Assembly (NCBI GenBank): GCA_963665095.1
Contig: OY762069.1
Span: 6,176,001-6,240,000 of the forward strand
Origin: an uncultured Desulfobacter sp.
Lineage (GTDB): Bacteria; Desulfobacterota; Desulfobacteria; Desulfobacterales; Desulfobacteraceae
Direction: 5' to 3'
Length of the DNA stretch: 64,000 nucleotides
Part shown: positions 27,483 to 37,573 of the stretch, one piece after another
How positions within the stretch are numbered: the stretch's first letter is position 1
Layout: every line of letters starts with the position of its first letter
Program-made: the position numbers and the translations under genes
The notes under the pieces: generated by a model
What the model was told of the DNA's origin: nothing
Databases searched by the model: none
The model's input: the letters and a program-made list of their open reading frames with translations, nothing else

Positions 27483-29360
27483 ATGAACTTATTTAAAAAC
27501 AGATATGATGTCATTGTGGTGGGCGCCGGTCATGCCGGTTGTGAGGCGGCCCTGGCCGCGGCCCGCATGGGGTGTGATACCCTGCTTTTAACCATTGATA
27601 TGGATAAGATTGCCGCCATGCCCTGCAGTCCTTCCATCGGCGGGACTGCCAAAGGCCAGCTGGTCAAGGAGATTGATGCCCTTGGCGGCTGGATGGCCAA
27701 AGTGTCTGATTCATCCGCCATTCAGTACAGAACCCTGAACACGCGTAAGGGCCCGGCTGTTCAATCCACCCGGACCCAGAATGATAAAAACATGTATTCC
27801 AGGAATATGAAGCTGGTCCTGGAAAAGGCCCGGAACCTGGACCTCAAACAGGCCATGGTGGAGTCTTTGCTCGTTGAAGACAATCAGATAAAAGGGCTGA
27901 CCGATAACACCGGGTTTGAGTATCTTTCCCCCTGCGTGGTGATTACCACAGGGACTTTTCTGCGGGGCACCGTGCATATCGGTGCCTCCAGGATAAATGC
28001 CGGCAGGGCAGGGGAGTTTGCCTCCATCGGTCTCGGGCAGAGCCTTGAATCCATGGGGCTTGAGATGGGACGGATGAAAACCGGTACCCCGCCAAGACTT
28101 CATGCCGATTCCATTGATTTTTCTCAATTCAATCTGCATGGATCCGATGAGGTCATCAAACCTTTTTCCTATTCCACCACGGAAGTCACTACCCCCATGC
28201 TGCCCAGTTTTATGGGCCAGACAAATCCGGGCACCCATGCCATCATCCGGGACAATCTGAAATACTCAGCCCTCTACGGTGGCCATATCAAAGGGCAGTC
28301 TGCCCGGTACTGCCCCTCGTTTGAGGACAAGGTGGTCAAATTCCCTGACCGGGATTCCCACCATGTTATTCTGGAGTATGAAGGCATTGATTCCAAGGAG
28401 ATCTATGCCTCAGGTCTGGGCAACAGCCTGCCCCTTGAGATCCAGTACCGGGTGGTACGTTCGGTCAAAGGGCTGGAGCAGGCACAGATCATGCGTCCGG
28501 CCTATGCCATTGAATATGATTACATTTCCCCGCTTGAGCTGACACCGGCACTGGAAGTTAAAAAGGTAAAAGGGCTCTTTCTGGCCGGCCAGATCAACGG
28601 CACATCCGGATATGAGGAAGCCGGTGCCCAGGGGCTCTGGGCCGGGGTCAATGCGGGGGCAAAGGTGACGGGCAGACCGCCTTTTCTCCTGGACCGGTCC
28701 CAGGCCTATGTGGGGGTGATGGTGGACGACCTGGTTACCCGGGGTACAAAAGAGCCCTATCGCATGTTTACTTCCAGAGCGGAATACCGTCTGCTGCTCA
28801 GAGAGGACAATGCTGATCTTCGCCTGGCTAAGATTGCCTATGAATACGGACTGATAGATAAAGAGCGCCTGGACCAGGTATCCGCTATCAAGGCAGCGGC
28901 CGAAAAAGAGATTGAGCGGGTCCGGCAGGAGGTGGTCCGACCCACTGATGAAACCAATATTTTTCTTACCAGTCACCACTCCAATGCCATTGACACCGGT
29001 GTGAGGCTGGAACAGCTGCTTAAACGGGCAGAATTGAATTATGAACTGCTCAGTCAGATCGCACCGGCACCGGATCCGGTCAGTGTCCGTGTGGCCCGCC
29101 AGGTAGAGATTGAAATTAAATATGAGGGCTATATCCAGCGTCAGTACAAAGAGATAAAAAAATTTGAGGATCTGGAAAGAATTAAGATTCCGCCGGATTT
29201 TTCCTTTGATATGGCCCACGGCCTGTCTAATGAAATCAGAGAAAAGCTGGTCCGGGTCTGCCCGGCGTCGCTTGGCCAGGCCTCCCGCATTGACGGGATG
29301 ACACCGGCGGCCATCTCGGTTCTCATGGTCGCCATTTCAGCATTTCATCAGCGTTCTTGA
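27483..29360 (+). CDS. mnmG: tRNA U34 carboxymethylaminomethyl modification enzyme
   Basis: GAGHAGCEAA, KTGTPPR, RYCPSFEDK, AGQINGTSGYEEA, EPYRMFTSRAEYRL. Confidence 0.97.
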   Translation: MNLFKNRYDVIVVGAGHAGCEAALAAARMGCDTLLLTIDMDKIAAMPCSPSIGGTAKGQLVKEIDALGGWMAKVSDSSAIQYRTLNTRKGPAVQSTRTQNDKNMYSRNMKLVLEKARNLDLKQAMVESLLVEDNQIKGLTDNTGFEYLSPCVVITTGTFLRGTVHIGASRINAGRAGEFASIGLGQSLESMGLEMGRMKTGTPPRLHADSIDFSQFNLHGSDEVIKPFSYSTTEVTTPMLPSFMGQTNPGTHAIIRDNLKYSALYGGHIKGQSARYCPSFEDKVVKFPDRDSHHVILEYEGIDSKEIYASGLGNSLPLEIQYRVVRSVKGLEQAQIMRPAYAIEYDYISPLELTPALEVKKVKGLFLAGQINGTSGYEEAGAQGLWAGVNAGAKVTGRPPFLLDRSQAYVGVMVDDLVTRGTKEPYRMFTSRAEYRLLLREDNADLRLAKIAYEYGLIDKERLDQVSAIKAAAEKEIERVRQEVVRPTDETNIFLTSHHSNAIDTGVRLEQLLKRAELNYELLSQIAPAPDPVSVRVARQVEIEIKYEGYIQRQYKEIKKFEDLERIKIPPDFSFDMAHGLSNEIREKLVRVCPASLGQASRIDGMTPAAISVLMVAISAFHQRS

Positions 29361-29465
29361 AAGGCCATCTGTCTCCCTTGACTTAAGACGGTCAACGCTT
29401 ATTTTTATTACACAATTGTTTATAAATAATAACCAGAGAGTTAAAAGTGAAGGATATATAAGAAG

Positions 29466-30422
29466 ATGGCGCAAGATTACTACAAGATTCTGGGCGTTGA
29501 TAAAACAGCATCTGCTGATGAAATTAAAAAAGCATACAGAAAACTTGCCCTCAAATACCATCCGGATAAAACCCAAGGGGACAAGGCCCTGGAAGATAAA
29601 TTCAAGACCATTTCAGAGGCCTATGCAGTTTTAAGTGATTCGGAGAAGAAAAAACAATACGATACTTACGGGTCTGCTGATTTCCAGCAAAGATTCTCCC
29701 AGGAGGATATTTTCCGGAATTTTGATTTGGGCGATATTCTCAAGGAGTTTGGATTTGGCGGCGGTGGCGGATTCAAGCGGGCCGGCGGGTTCAGCAACTC
29801 CTTCGGGCAGGGTGGCGGCCATTCAGGGTTTTCCGGGGGCAATCCTTTTTTTCAGAACATGGGTGGCGGAGGCGGTTCATACGGCCGAAGAGCTCCTGTT
29901 CAGGGTAAAGATCTGGAATATGAAATTCCGCTAACCCTGGATGAACTGATGCACGGTGGCAGCAAAACCATTACCATCTCACAGAGCGGACAGGCAAAAG
30001 CCATTGAGGTAAAAATTCCAAAAGGCCTGACCCAGGGTAAAAAAATCAGGCTCGCCGGCAAAGGGGAACCCTCTCCCGGCGGTGGTCCTGCAGGGAACCT
30101 CTATATTAAATCCAGCCCTCATCTGCCAAAGGGCATTACCGTTGAAGGCAATGATATCCTGATGACAGAGGATGTGCGCCTGACCCAGGCACTTCTCGGG
30201 GATAAAGTCGAGGTGACTACCCCTGCAGGGAAGACCATAAATCTTACCCTGCCGCCTGGAACCGGACACAAGGCAAAAATGCGGTTGCCCGGCATGGGAA
30301 TTCCCCATATGAAAGGAAATGGTTGCGGAGATCTTTATGTTGTGATTAATATAGTGATGCCTAAAGATTTGAACAAAAAACAACAGAGCCTGATCGAAAA
30401 ACTTAAGGAAACAGGATTATAA
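29466..30422 (+). CDS. DnaJ-class chaperone lacking the zinc finger (CbpA-like)
   Basis: J-domain with HPD, G/F-rich linker, DnaJ_C; no CxxCxGxG repeats. Confidence 0.9.
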   Translation: MAQDYYKILGVDKTASADEIKKAYRKLALKYHPDKTQGDKALEDKFKTISEAYAVLSDSEKKKQYDTYGSADFQQRFSQEDIFRNFDLGDILKEFGFGGGGGFKRAGGFSNSFGQGGGHSGFSGGNPFFQNMGGGGGSYGRRAPVQGKDLEYEIPLTLDELMHGGSKTITISQSGQAKAIEVKIPKGLTQGKKIRLAGKGEPSPGGGPAGNLYIKSSPHLPKGITVEGNDILMTEDVRLTQALLGDKVEVTTPAGKTINLTLPPGTGHKAKMRLPGMGIPHMKGNGCGDLYVVINIVMPKDLNKKQQSLIEKLKETGL

Positions 30423-30428
30423 CGTAAC

Positions 30429-30944
30429 ATGCCCGAATTCATCCCTCTGATTTCCAAAGAGGAAATCCAGGAAAAGACCCGGGAGACAGGACAAAAAATA
30501 GCTCAGGATTATAAAGATCTGGATCTCGTGGTTGTAGGGGTGCTCAAGGGGTCTTTTATTTTTCTTGCAGATCTTGTCCGGCAGATCCCCATTGATCATG
30601 AAATTGACCTGGTGGGGGCCTCATCTTACGAAGGCACGTCATCTACCGGACAGATCGTGTTTACAAAACAGCCGGATCTTGAACTCAAAGGCCGTGATGT
30701 GCTTCTTGTGGAGGATATTGTGGACACCGGCCGGACCTTGGCTAAAATTGTCGAGTTTATGCAGCTTTTAAATCCCCGGTCTATTAAAATATGCTCACTG
30801 ATTGACAAAATCGAACGTCGTGAAGCCAATATTAATGTGGATTATTCATGCTTCAATCTTGATAAAGGGTTCATCGTGGGGTATGGACTGGATTATAATG
30901 AGAAATACAGGAATCTGCCTGCAATCTTTGATTTAAAATTATAG
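30429..30944 (+). CDS. hpt: Hypoxanthine phosphoribosyltransferase
   Basis: GVLKGSFIFLADL, VLLVEDIVDTGRT, FIVGYGLDYNEKYRNLP. Confidence 0.95.
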   Translation: MPEFIPLISKEEIQEKTRETGQKIAQDYKDLDLVVVGVLKGSFIFLADLVRQIPIDHEIDLVGASSYEGTSSTGQIVFTKQPDLELKGRDVLLVEDIVDTGRTLAKIVEFMQLLNPRSIKICSLIDKIERREANINVDYSCFNLDKGFIVGYGLDYNEKYRNLPAIFDLKL

Positions 30945-30976
30945 ATGTAAATTTATACAATCTAAGGGGATGCGCA

Positions 30977-33181
30977 ATGATAATTACCTGCGAAGAGTGC
31001 TCAACCCGATTTGTCCTTGATGACTCTTTGATAAAGCCCAATGGCTCAAAGGTCCGGTGCAGCAAGTGTCGGCATGTATTTACCGCTATTCTGCCGGAGC
31101 CCCAGGATGAATCTTTATCCCCAGCATCTGCGATTCCGTTGCCTGAAGAACCGCGGCCATCTGATCAACCCGTTCCGGAAGCTGAAGAAGACCTGGCCCT
31201 CTCTTTTGATGCACAGGAAGCAGAAGAAGACGATTCCGACTCTGATTTTTCCGAAGAAGACGATTTTAGTCTGGACAGTGATGCCGGTGATCCGGACCTG
31301 GGCGATGACGAACTTGATTTTTCAGGGATTGAGACGGAGGAACCTGAACCAGCATTAAGCAGTTTTAAAGATCTGCCGGACATTGAAGACGAATCTCCTG
31401 CAGATCCGGTGACGATTGATGCGCCAGCTCAGGAATCAATACCTCAGGATCCGGCACCTCTTTCCACAGGGGGGGCGGGGGGGGCAGATATCGTGCCTGA
31501 ACAAGCTGAAATTCCTGAATTTACTGACAAAGAGCCGGAACAGGCGCTGGGTGAACCAACATTCCCGGAACCGGAAACAGAGCCGGAAATTTCTTTTGAT
31601 TCACAGGATGCGGAAAACGATTTAGGCATGGATGATTTCTCCCTGGAAAGCGATTCCGGGGATCTGGATCAGGATGATGAAGGTATTGATTTCGGAGACA
31701 TTGATGCTGACATTGATATGAATGACGCCGATCTGGATAAAGATGAAGCGGAGTCAGACGACTCTGAATCTTCGCCTCCTGCTGATTCAGATACACAGGA
31801 TGATTTCAGGCTTGACGTGCCGGATCAGGATTCTGCGGATGTTGATTCTGAACTTGATGTCGCTGATTTTGACATGGATGAGCCGGAGCTTGATTTCCAG
31901 GAAGATACGCTTGAACTGGAAGCCCAGGATTTCGAATTTGAAGAGATCCAGGAGGATGATGATTTGTCTGCAAGCCTTGCTCCCGCAGGCCAGGACGACA
32001 GCATGGCCGACATTGAAATCAGTTTTGACCAGGATGATGATACAGGGCTTGAGCTGGAAGAACTACCCCTTGAAATGGATGAGACAACAATTGATGATGC
32101 ACCCATTGATGACCTTGAATTTGACATCGAAGAAGATGATGAAAAAGATTCGGACATAGAGCTTAAAGATGATCCTGACGCTGATCTGGTTATCGAGGAT
32201 GACGGCCAGGATCTCGCTCTTGAACTGGATGGGGCTTCGGAGGATGCTTTTGGCTCTGGTATGCAGACAGCTGATCCGGAAAAACCTGACGATCAGGACG
32301 GGGGCGACGATTTAAAGCTGGTGCTTGATGAAGATGATGATACGGATGCCCAAGGTCCGGATACTGATGGAAAGATTCAGGCGTCTGTCTCAGAGCAGGA
32401 AAAATTCGCAGAATACGACAAAGTCCTGGAACAGGAGACCGAGCCGGATGAGGCCGGTCTGACTATCCCTGATCCTGAGGTGGAAGAAGATAATTATATG
32501 CCGGCTGACCAGACTGAAGAATCTGGAGTGCCCATTGCCGCGGCCAGTATCGCTGAGGAAAGAAAGCCGCTAATCCCACCGCCCACGGCCCAGAGTGTTC
32601 GCCAGAAACGCAGGGCAAGAAAGAAAGGTTTAAGTCTGCCTGTAAAAATTCTGCTTGTCCTGCTTGTGCTTATTATGGCTGCGTATGTGGCAATTATCCG
32701 TCTTGGCCTGAACATTCCGGTGGTATCTGATATTCAGATTCCTTTTATTACTGAGGCGATCCAGCCCAAAAAGGTATCACAGGCGCCTTTGAAGCCTGTA
32801 CCCAATGAAACAAGCATTAACGGCAGATTTATATCCAATAAAAGTGCCGGAGAGTTGTTTATTGTCACAGGCCGGATTGAAAATCCATCAAACAAAGCAG
32901 TCAGCTATATTCAGGTCAAAGGGACCCTGCTGACAAAAGGCAACAAGCCAGCCGGAACCCAGGCGGCCTATTGCGGAAATATTATTTCCGAAGATGCTTT
33001 GAAGACAATGAACATCTCTGATATCACCAAACAGATGGGCGTAAGGGAGGGAACCCAGAACACTAACGTTAACATCAAGCCGGGTGGATCAGTCATGTTT
33101 ATGCTGGTTTTTTCAAACCTGCCCGAGAACCTGACTAACTTCACAGTGTCTGTTCAGGGATTTGAACCAGCTAAAAAATAA
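30977..33181 (+). CDS. MJ0042-type zinc-ribbon / acidic linker / TM / DUF3426-like protein
   Basis: MIITCEECSTRF...KVRCSKCRHVF; very long D/E-rich region; basic patch and one TM helix; beta-rich C-terminal domain. Confidence 0.8.
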   Translation: MIITCEECSTRFVLDDSLIKPNGSKVRCSKCRHVFTAILPEPQDESLSPASAIPLPEEPRPSDQPVPEAEEDLALSFDAQEAEEDDSDSDFSEEDDFSLDSDAGDPDLGDDELDFSGIETEEPEPALSSFKDLPDIEDESPADPVTIDAPAQESIPQDPAPLSTGGAGGADIVPEQAEIPEFTDKEPEQALGEPTFPEPETEPEISFDSQDAENDLGMDDFSLESDSGDLDQDDEGIDFGDIDADIDMNDADLDKDEAESDDSESSPPADSDTQDDFRLDVPDQDSADVDSELDVADFDMDEPELDFQEDTLELEAQDFEFEEIQEDDDLSASLAPAGQDDSMADIEISFDQDDDTGLELEELPLEMDETTIDDAPIDDLEFDIEEDDEKDSDIELKDDPDADLVIEDDGQDLALELDGASEDAFGSGMQTADPEKPDDQDGGDDLKLVLDEDDDTDAQGPDTDGKIQASVSEQEKFAEYDKVLEQETEPDEAGLTIPDPEVEEDNYMPADQTEESGVPIAAASIAEERKPLIPPPTAQSVRQKRRARKKGLSLPVKILLVLLVLIMAAYVAIIRLGLNIPVVSDIQIPFITEAIQPKKVSQAPLKPVPNETSINGRFISNKSAGELFIVTGRIENPSNKAVSYIQVKGTLLTKGNKPAGTQAAYCGNIISEDALKTMNISDITKQMGVREGTQNTNVNIKPGGSVMFMLVFSNLPENLTNFTVSVQGFEPAKK

Positions 33182-33231
33182 ATTTTATTTGACACAGGCC
33201 TCACCCCTGTGATATTAATCCCAGGTTTTTT

Positions 33232-33308
33232 GGCGACGTAGCTCAGATGGTCAGAGCATGCGGCTCATATCCGCAGTGTCCGGGGTTCAATTCCCTGCGT
33301 CGCTACCA
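33232..33308 (+). tRNA. tRNA-Met(CAT), elongator-like
   Basis: GGCGACG/CGTCGCT acceptor stem, anticodon arm TGCGG-CTCATAT-CCGCA, GGTTCAATTCC T-loop, encoded CCA; TTGACA promoter upstream. Confidence 0.93.
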
Positions 33309-33320
33309 GAATTTACAATG

Positions 33321-33346
33321 GCCCCTGTTCTTTCAGGGGCTTTTTT
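33321..33346 (+). terminator. Intrinsic terminator after the tRNA
   Basis: GCCCCTG-N6-CAGGGGC followed by T6. Confidence 0.8.
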
Positions 33347-33379
33347 GTTCCTATAGGTCTTCAAATTAAGGTTTTCAAA

Positions 33380-33994
33380 TTAGATGGATAATATCGCCCA
33401 GAGCCCAAAAATGATCAGGATAATGCCGGTCAGGCTGTTTATCTTATTTTGAAAATTTAAGGAAAGATGACGTTTCAGCAGCGCTGTTCCTGCAGAAAGG
33501 GTTACCCACCAAAGGGCAGACCCTGAAAATACGCCTGCTACCAGAGTTGCTGCCTGGGTATATCCGTTGTTTTCAGTTCCGATGCCAAGACCGGCAAATA
33601 TTCCCATGAAGGCCATGATGGTCATGGGATTGGTTAACGTCAGAAACAGCGTGGAAACATAAGACAGATAATAGCCTTTGAATTCATGATTCCGGCTGTT
33701 AAGGTCTGCGTTCTTTTTTTTCAATGTCTGACAGCCCAGAAACACTAGAAAAATTCCACCGATAATATGAAATTCTGTTTTCATATTCAGCAGCAGCCCT
33801 GTGATAAAGGTCAGGCCGAATCCTGCGACAAACCCGTAACATGCATCAGCCGTGGCCGCACCCAATCCGGTTGCCAACCCTGCCATGGGGCCGTGGGCCA
33901 GAGTCCTTTTAATGCATAAAAGTCCGATGGGGCCTACGGGGGCGGCAATGGAAAAGCCGATGATAATGCCTTTGAGCAGGTATTTAATTTCCAT
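33380..33994 (-). CDS. LysE-family amino-acid exporter
   Basis: GFSIAAPVGPIG, GLGAATADACYG, LTLTNPMTI. Confidence 0.9.
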   Translation of the reverse strand: MEIKYLLKGIIIGFSIAAPVGPIGLLCIKRTLAHGPMAGLATGLGAATADACYGFVAGFGLTFITGLLLNMKTEFHIIGGIFLVFLGCQTLKKKNADLNSRNHEFKGYYLSYVSTLFLTLTNPMTIMAFMGIFAGLGIGTENNGYTQAATLVAGVFSGSALWWVTLSAGTALLKRHLSLNFQNKINSLTGIILIIFGLWAILSI

Positions 33995-34111
33995 GTGGAT
34001 CATCCTTGTGATATTGTTTCAGCTTATGTTACAGGACATGTGCCCGGGAAATACATGGGCATTTCATTGTTTTTTAAACGCTCAACTTATTTTTTTAAAG
34101 AAAGGCAGGGT

Positions 34112-34579
34112 GTGGACAATAAATTTGAAACCCTGATGGATAATCTTGGGAAAAATATTGTCAAAGAGCTGGAAAAAAATGCCCGGATCAGTTTCAGTGA
34201 ACTGGGCCGAAAGGTGGGGCTGTCCAGCCCGGCCGTTGCAGAGCGGATTCGGAAAATGGAAGAAGCCGGTATTATCAGAGGATACCGGGCCGTTATTGAT
34301 GTGGAAGGGGACAGCCCAAAAATCCTGGCGTTTATCTCCATGACTACCCTTGCCCAACACTATAAAAAAATTCGACAAATCCTTGGAGACCATCCTGGTA
34401 CCCTGGAATGCCACCACTTGAGTGGGGAAGAGTCGCTGATGATCAAAGTGTGCGTGAAGAATATACACGAACTGGATGGCCTGGTTGAGATGTTGGGTGC
34501 CTATGGTAAAACCCGGACCTCCATTGTTTTATCTTCCTTTGTGGATAGACCCGATGCCATATTTACCCACGGCAGGTAG
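34112..34579 (+). CDS. Lrp/AsnC-family regulator
   Basis: LEKNARISFSELGRKVGLSSPAVAERIRKMEEAGII; divergent from LysE; start uncertain (GTG 34112 or ATG 34136). Confidence 0.9.
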   Translation: MDNKFETLMDNLGKNIVKELEKNARISFSELGRKVGLSSPAVAERIRKMEEAGIIRGYRAVIDVEGDSPKILAFISMTTLAQHYKKIRQILGDHPGTLECHHLSGEESLMIKVCVKNIHELDGLVEMLGAYGKTRTSIVLSSFVDRPDAIFTHGR

Positions 34580-34673
34580 ATTCCCTGCCATTTGTAATCT
34601 TGGGTAATGATTCCAGCACTCGGATATGGATCAGATATAAGAAAAAACGCAAAAAATTTAAGGACGCTGTCAT

Positions 34674-35750
34674 ATGTCAGAAAATTTGATGATTCTTGCC
34701 GGAAAAACCGCTTTCAAACATATAAAGGAAAACGGACTTGCTCCGGATGATATTGACGCCATGCTCGGGGCGTCAGGTGCAGCCAAATGGCTCTCCATTT
34801 ATGGGCTTGACGCAACTATTTTTTCCCGCTGGTTTTCCGGGCGTCGTCGTCCGCTTCATTTGCTGGGAACCTCCATCGGGGCCTGGAAATTTGCCGCAGC
34901 CGCCCAGAATGACTGCCTTAGAGCTTTTGATCGTCTCAAACGGGCCTATACCCACCAGCATTACAAAGGCAATGTTTCAGCCGCCCAGGTATCACAGGAG
35001 ACCCGGAGAATTATGGACGAGTTTCTTACCCCCAGAGCTGTGGACGAGATTTTACGCCATCCCTGGCTGCGCATCGGGTTTTCAGCTGTCAGGTGCAAAG
35101 GATTTATGGCTTCGGATGCCACTTCTGTCCAGTGTTTGGGTATCGGGATTGCCTATTCTTTGAATGCCATGGCAAGAAGTCTTCAGGGATTGTGTTTTGA
35201 ACGTATTTTTTTTCATGACCCCAGATATGATACCGGCGTGTGGGAAACCGGAGATTTTCCTACCACGCGGATTCCCCTTGACCGGAAAAATTTTACCAAA
35301 GCCCTGCTGGCCTCCGGATCCATTCCTGTAGTCATGAAAGGGGTGCATCAGATCCCGGGTATGGCTGACGGCACCTTTCGGGACGGGGGGCTTCTGGATT
35401 ATCACCCAGCCTTTTCCCTGGGGCCGGATCAGAACGGGTTTGTCCTCTATCCTCATTTTTACCCGTCACTCACCCTTGGGTGGTTTGATAAAAATATTCC
35501 CGGCCGGAAAGCCAGGGGCAGGATTGTGGACCGGATCATTCTTCTTGCGCCTTCACCGGAACTTGTGTCAGCACTGCCCCTTGGACGAATTCCGGATCGC
35601 CGGGATTTTATCACTTTGATGGGGCGGGATGGCGAAAGGATTTTAGCCTGGAACAAAGCTGCAGATATGTGCCGGGTTCTGGGTGACGAATTTATGGACG
35701 CCGTGGAAAGCGGCCGCATCAGAAATAAGGTCCGGCAATTACCGGATTAA
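34674..35750 (+). CDS. Patatin-like phospholipase family protein
   Basis: GASGAAKW, GTSIG nucleophile motif, ASGSIP, DGG. Confidence 0.8.
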   Translation: MSENLMILAGKTAFKHIKENGLAPDDIDAMLGASGAAKWLSIYGLDATIFSRWFSGRRRPLHLLGTSIGAWKFAAAAQNDCLRAFDRLKRAYTHQHYKGNVSAAQVSQETRRIMDEFLTPRAVDEILRHPWLRIGFSAVRCKGFMASDATSVQCLGIGIAYSLNAMARSLQGLCFERIFFHDPRYDTGVWETGDFPTTRIPLDRKNFTKALLASGSIPVVMKGVHQIPGMADGTFRDGGLLDYHPAFSLGPDQNGFVLYPHFYPSLTLGWFDKNIPGRKARGRIVDRIILLAPSPELVSALPLGRIPDRRDFITLMGRDGERILAWNKAADMCRVLGDEFMDAVESGRIRNKVRQLPD

Positions 35751-36649
35751 GCGCTTTCTGCTTTATTTGCCTTTAATATGATCAGAATTTCGTCAATTTT
35801 TTCCTGGGCATTTTGGGCATCAAGGGTACATCCACCGGCCCCAAAATGGCCGCCGCCACCAAAACAGGCCAGCATGGCACCTACATTTACCTTGCACTGG
35901 GGATTGAAGATGCTGTGCCCCACACTGACCAGCACCTGTTTTTTATCAGGCCCGGCATATCGGATTTTCACACTGGCCATGGAGTCAGGAAACAGGGAAT
36001 AGGTCAGAAAACGGTTGCCGGACGGCACTTTTTCAAGGGATCTGAAATCGGTCACGGAGATATGTTCCACGACGGTGGTGAAATCCTGCAAATATTCCCT
36101 GAACGCCTCGTTTTCCCTGACCACTTCCCTGCAGCGACGCGCCACATCCGGATCTTTTAATATGGTGTCAATACTGTGGGCCCGCAGCATCTCCACCAGG
36201 CTGTTCCAGTAAGGGATATCTTTGAAGCCATTGTTTTTAATGGTCATGGATAAGAGCAGATAGGGATAATCTTCCGGAGCCCGCACCTGTTCTTTTGTCA
36301 GATCAGCCGAATCAATCATGTCCGTCTGTGCCACCAGTTCGTCAAACCTTTTATCCAGAAGGTTTTTGGACTGATAATACCCATAAATAACCCCTGCTGC
36401 AGAGGGCGCAACAGCAAAGGCACCGGGAACATCCTTATCCGGTTTATTGGAAATATGATGGTCAAACCATAGATGGGCATTGGCATGCCAGGGCAGGTTG
36501 GCCAGAATATCTCCGGTTTGAATGTCAGCCGTGCCGGACTGAATTGCATTGGGCTCTGTCCAGTATATATCCAGCAAAGGTGCCACGGCTTCCCGCAAAA
36601 GCGCGGCACAGACAATACCGTCAAAATCGGGCCGGGTAACAATTCTCAT
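35747..36649 (-). CDS. DHH-family phosphoesterase (exopolyphosphatase/nanoRNase-like)
   Basis: TRPDFDG, FDHH, GGGGHFGAGGC. Confidence 0.85.
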   Translation of the reverse strand: MRIVTRPDFDGIVCAALLREAVAPLLDIYWTEPNAIQSGTADIQTGDILANLPWHANAHLWFDHHISNKPDKDVPGAFAVAPSAAGVIYGYYQSKNLLDKRFDELVAQTDMIDSADLTKEQVRAPEDYPYLLLSMTIKNNGFKDIPYWNSLVEMLRAHSIDTILKDPDVARRCREVVRENEAFREYLQDFTTVVEHISVTDFRSLEKVPSGNRFLTYSLFPDSMASVKIRYAGPDKKQVLVSVGHSIFNPQCKVNVGAMLACFGGGGHFGAGGCTLDAQNAQEKIDEILIILKANKAESA

Positions 36650-36741
36650 GATGTTGTCCTCTTTATAATGATATTTCTGTGTTTTTTTTTGGTTTTTGAT
36701 TAAAGGCGATTTTCGTATTTATATTATGCATGTCCTGGTGT

Positions 36742-37572
36742 TTATTTCAACCGGCCGGCAACATGTGTAACTATCCGGTTCATTTTTTCTGCTGCCTGTT
36801 GAGCTGTTTCCACCACTGCTTCCAGGGTTGTTTCCTTAGGGGCATCCGGATCATTGATATTGGTGATCAGGGAGAGTCCCAGGATTTTCATGCCGGCCTG
36901 GACGCCTGCAATGGCCTCCATTACGGTTGAGAAACCCACTGCATCTGCACCAATTATTTTTAAGAATCGGGTTTCAGCACAGGTTTCGAGGCTTGGCCCC
37001 AATAGCCCGGCATAGACGCCGCTGTGCAAAAGGATCCCTTCCTGATCGGCTGCAGACAGGGCCATTTGCCCAAGATGGGTATCATACACACCGGTCATAT
37101 CCGGAAACCGGATACCCCATGCCGGTTCATGGGGGCCGGCAAGGGGATTCTGGCCGGTGAGGTTGATATGGTCCTGGATCAGCATGAGATCTCCGGCATT
37201 GAAATTCAGGTTGATGCCGCCAGCCGCATTGGTGAGAATGAGCACCGGCACCCCGAGCGACTGAAGCAGCCTGACAGGAAAAGTGACCACTTCAGGGGAA
37301 TACCCCTCATAAAGATGGATCCGGCCCTGAAAAACAGCGATTTCCTTACCGTTCAGTGTGCCCAGGGTGAGACATCCCCTGTGGCTGTCCACGGTTGCCG
37401 CAGGAAAGTGGGGCAGGTCCGTATAAGGGAAGATCTGGCGGACCTTGAGTGCCGTTAAGGTATCAGAAAGGCCGGTCCCGGTAATCATTCCCATGACAGG
37501 CGGTTTCTGCATCCCTTGTTTGATAAATTGTGCACACGCCCTGACGTTGCTGAAAAATTCTGTCATCGGCAA
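36742..37572 (-). CDS. Purine nucleoside phosphorylase (trimeric type)
   Basis: QGRIHLYEGY, TNAAGGIN, RFPDM, GPSLET, ADAVGFSTVME. Confidence 0.92.
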   Translation of the reverse strand: MPMTEFFSNVRACAQFIKQGMQKPPVMGMITGTGLSDTLTALKVRQIFPYTDLPHFPAATVDSHRGCLTLGTLNGKEIAVFQGRIHLYEGYSPEVVTFPVRLLQSLGVPVLILTNAAGGINLNFNAGDLMLIQDHINLTGQNPLAGPHEPAWGIRFPDMTGVYDTHLGQMALSAADQEGILLHSGVYAGLLGPSLETCAETRFLKIIGADAVGFSTVMEAIAGVQAGMKILGLSLITNINDPDAPKETTLEAVVETAQQAAEKMNRIVTHVAGRLK

Positions 37573-37573
37573 C

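Noticed and set aside
33232..33308. tRNA-Met as an integration site
   Set aside because: No duplicated tRNA 3' end noticed in the window and no adjacent integrase.
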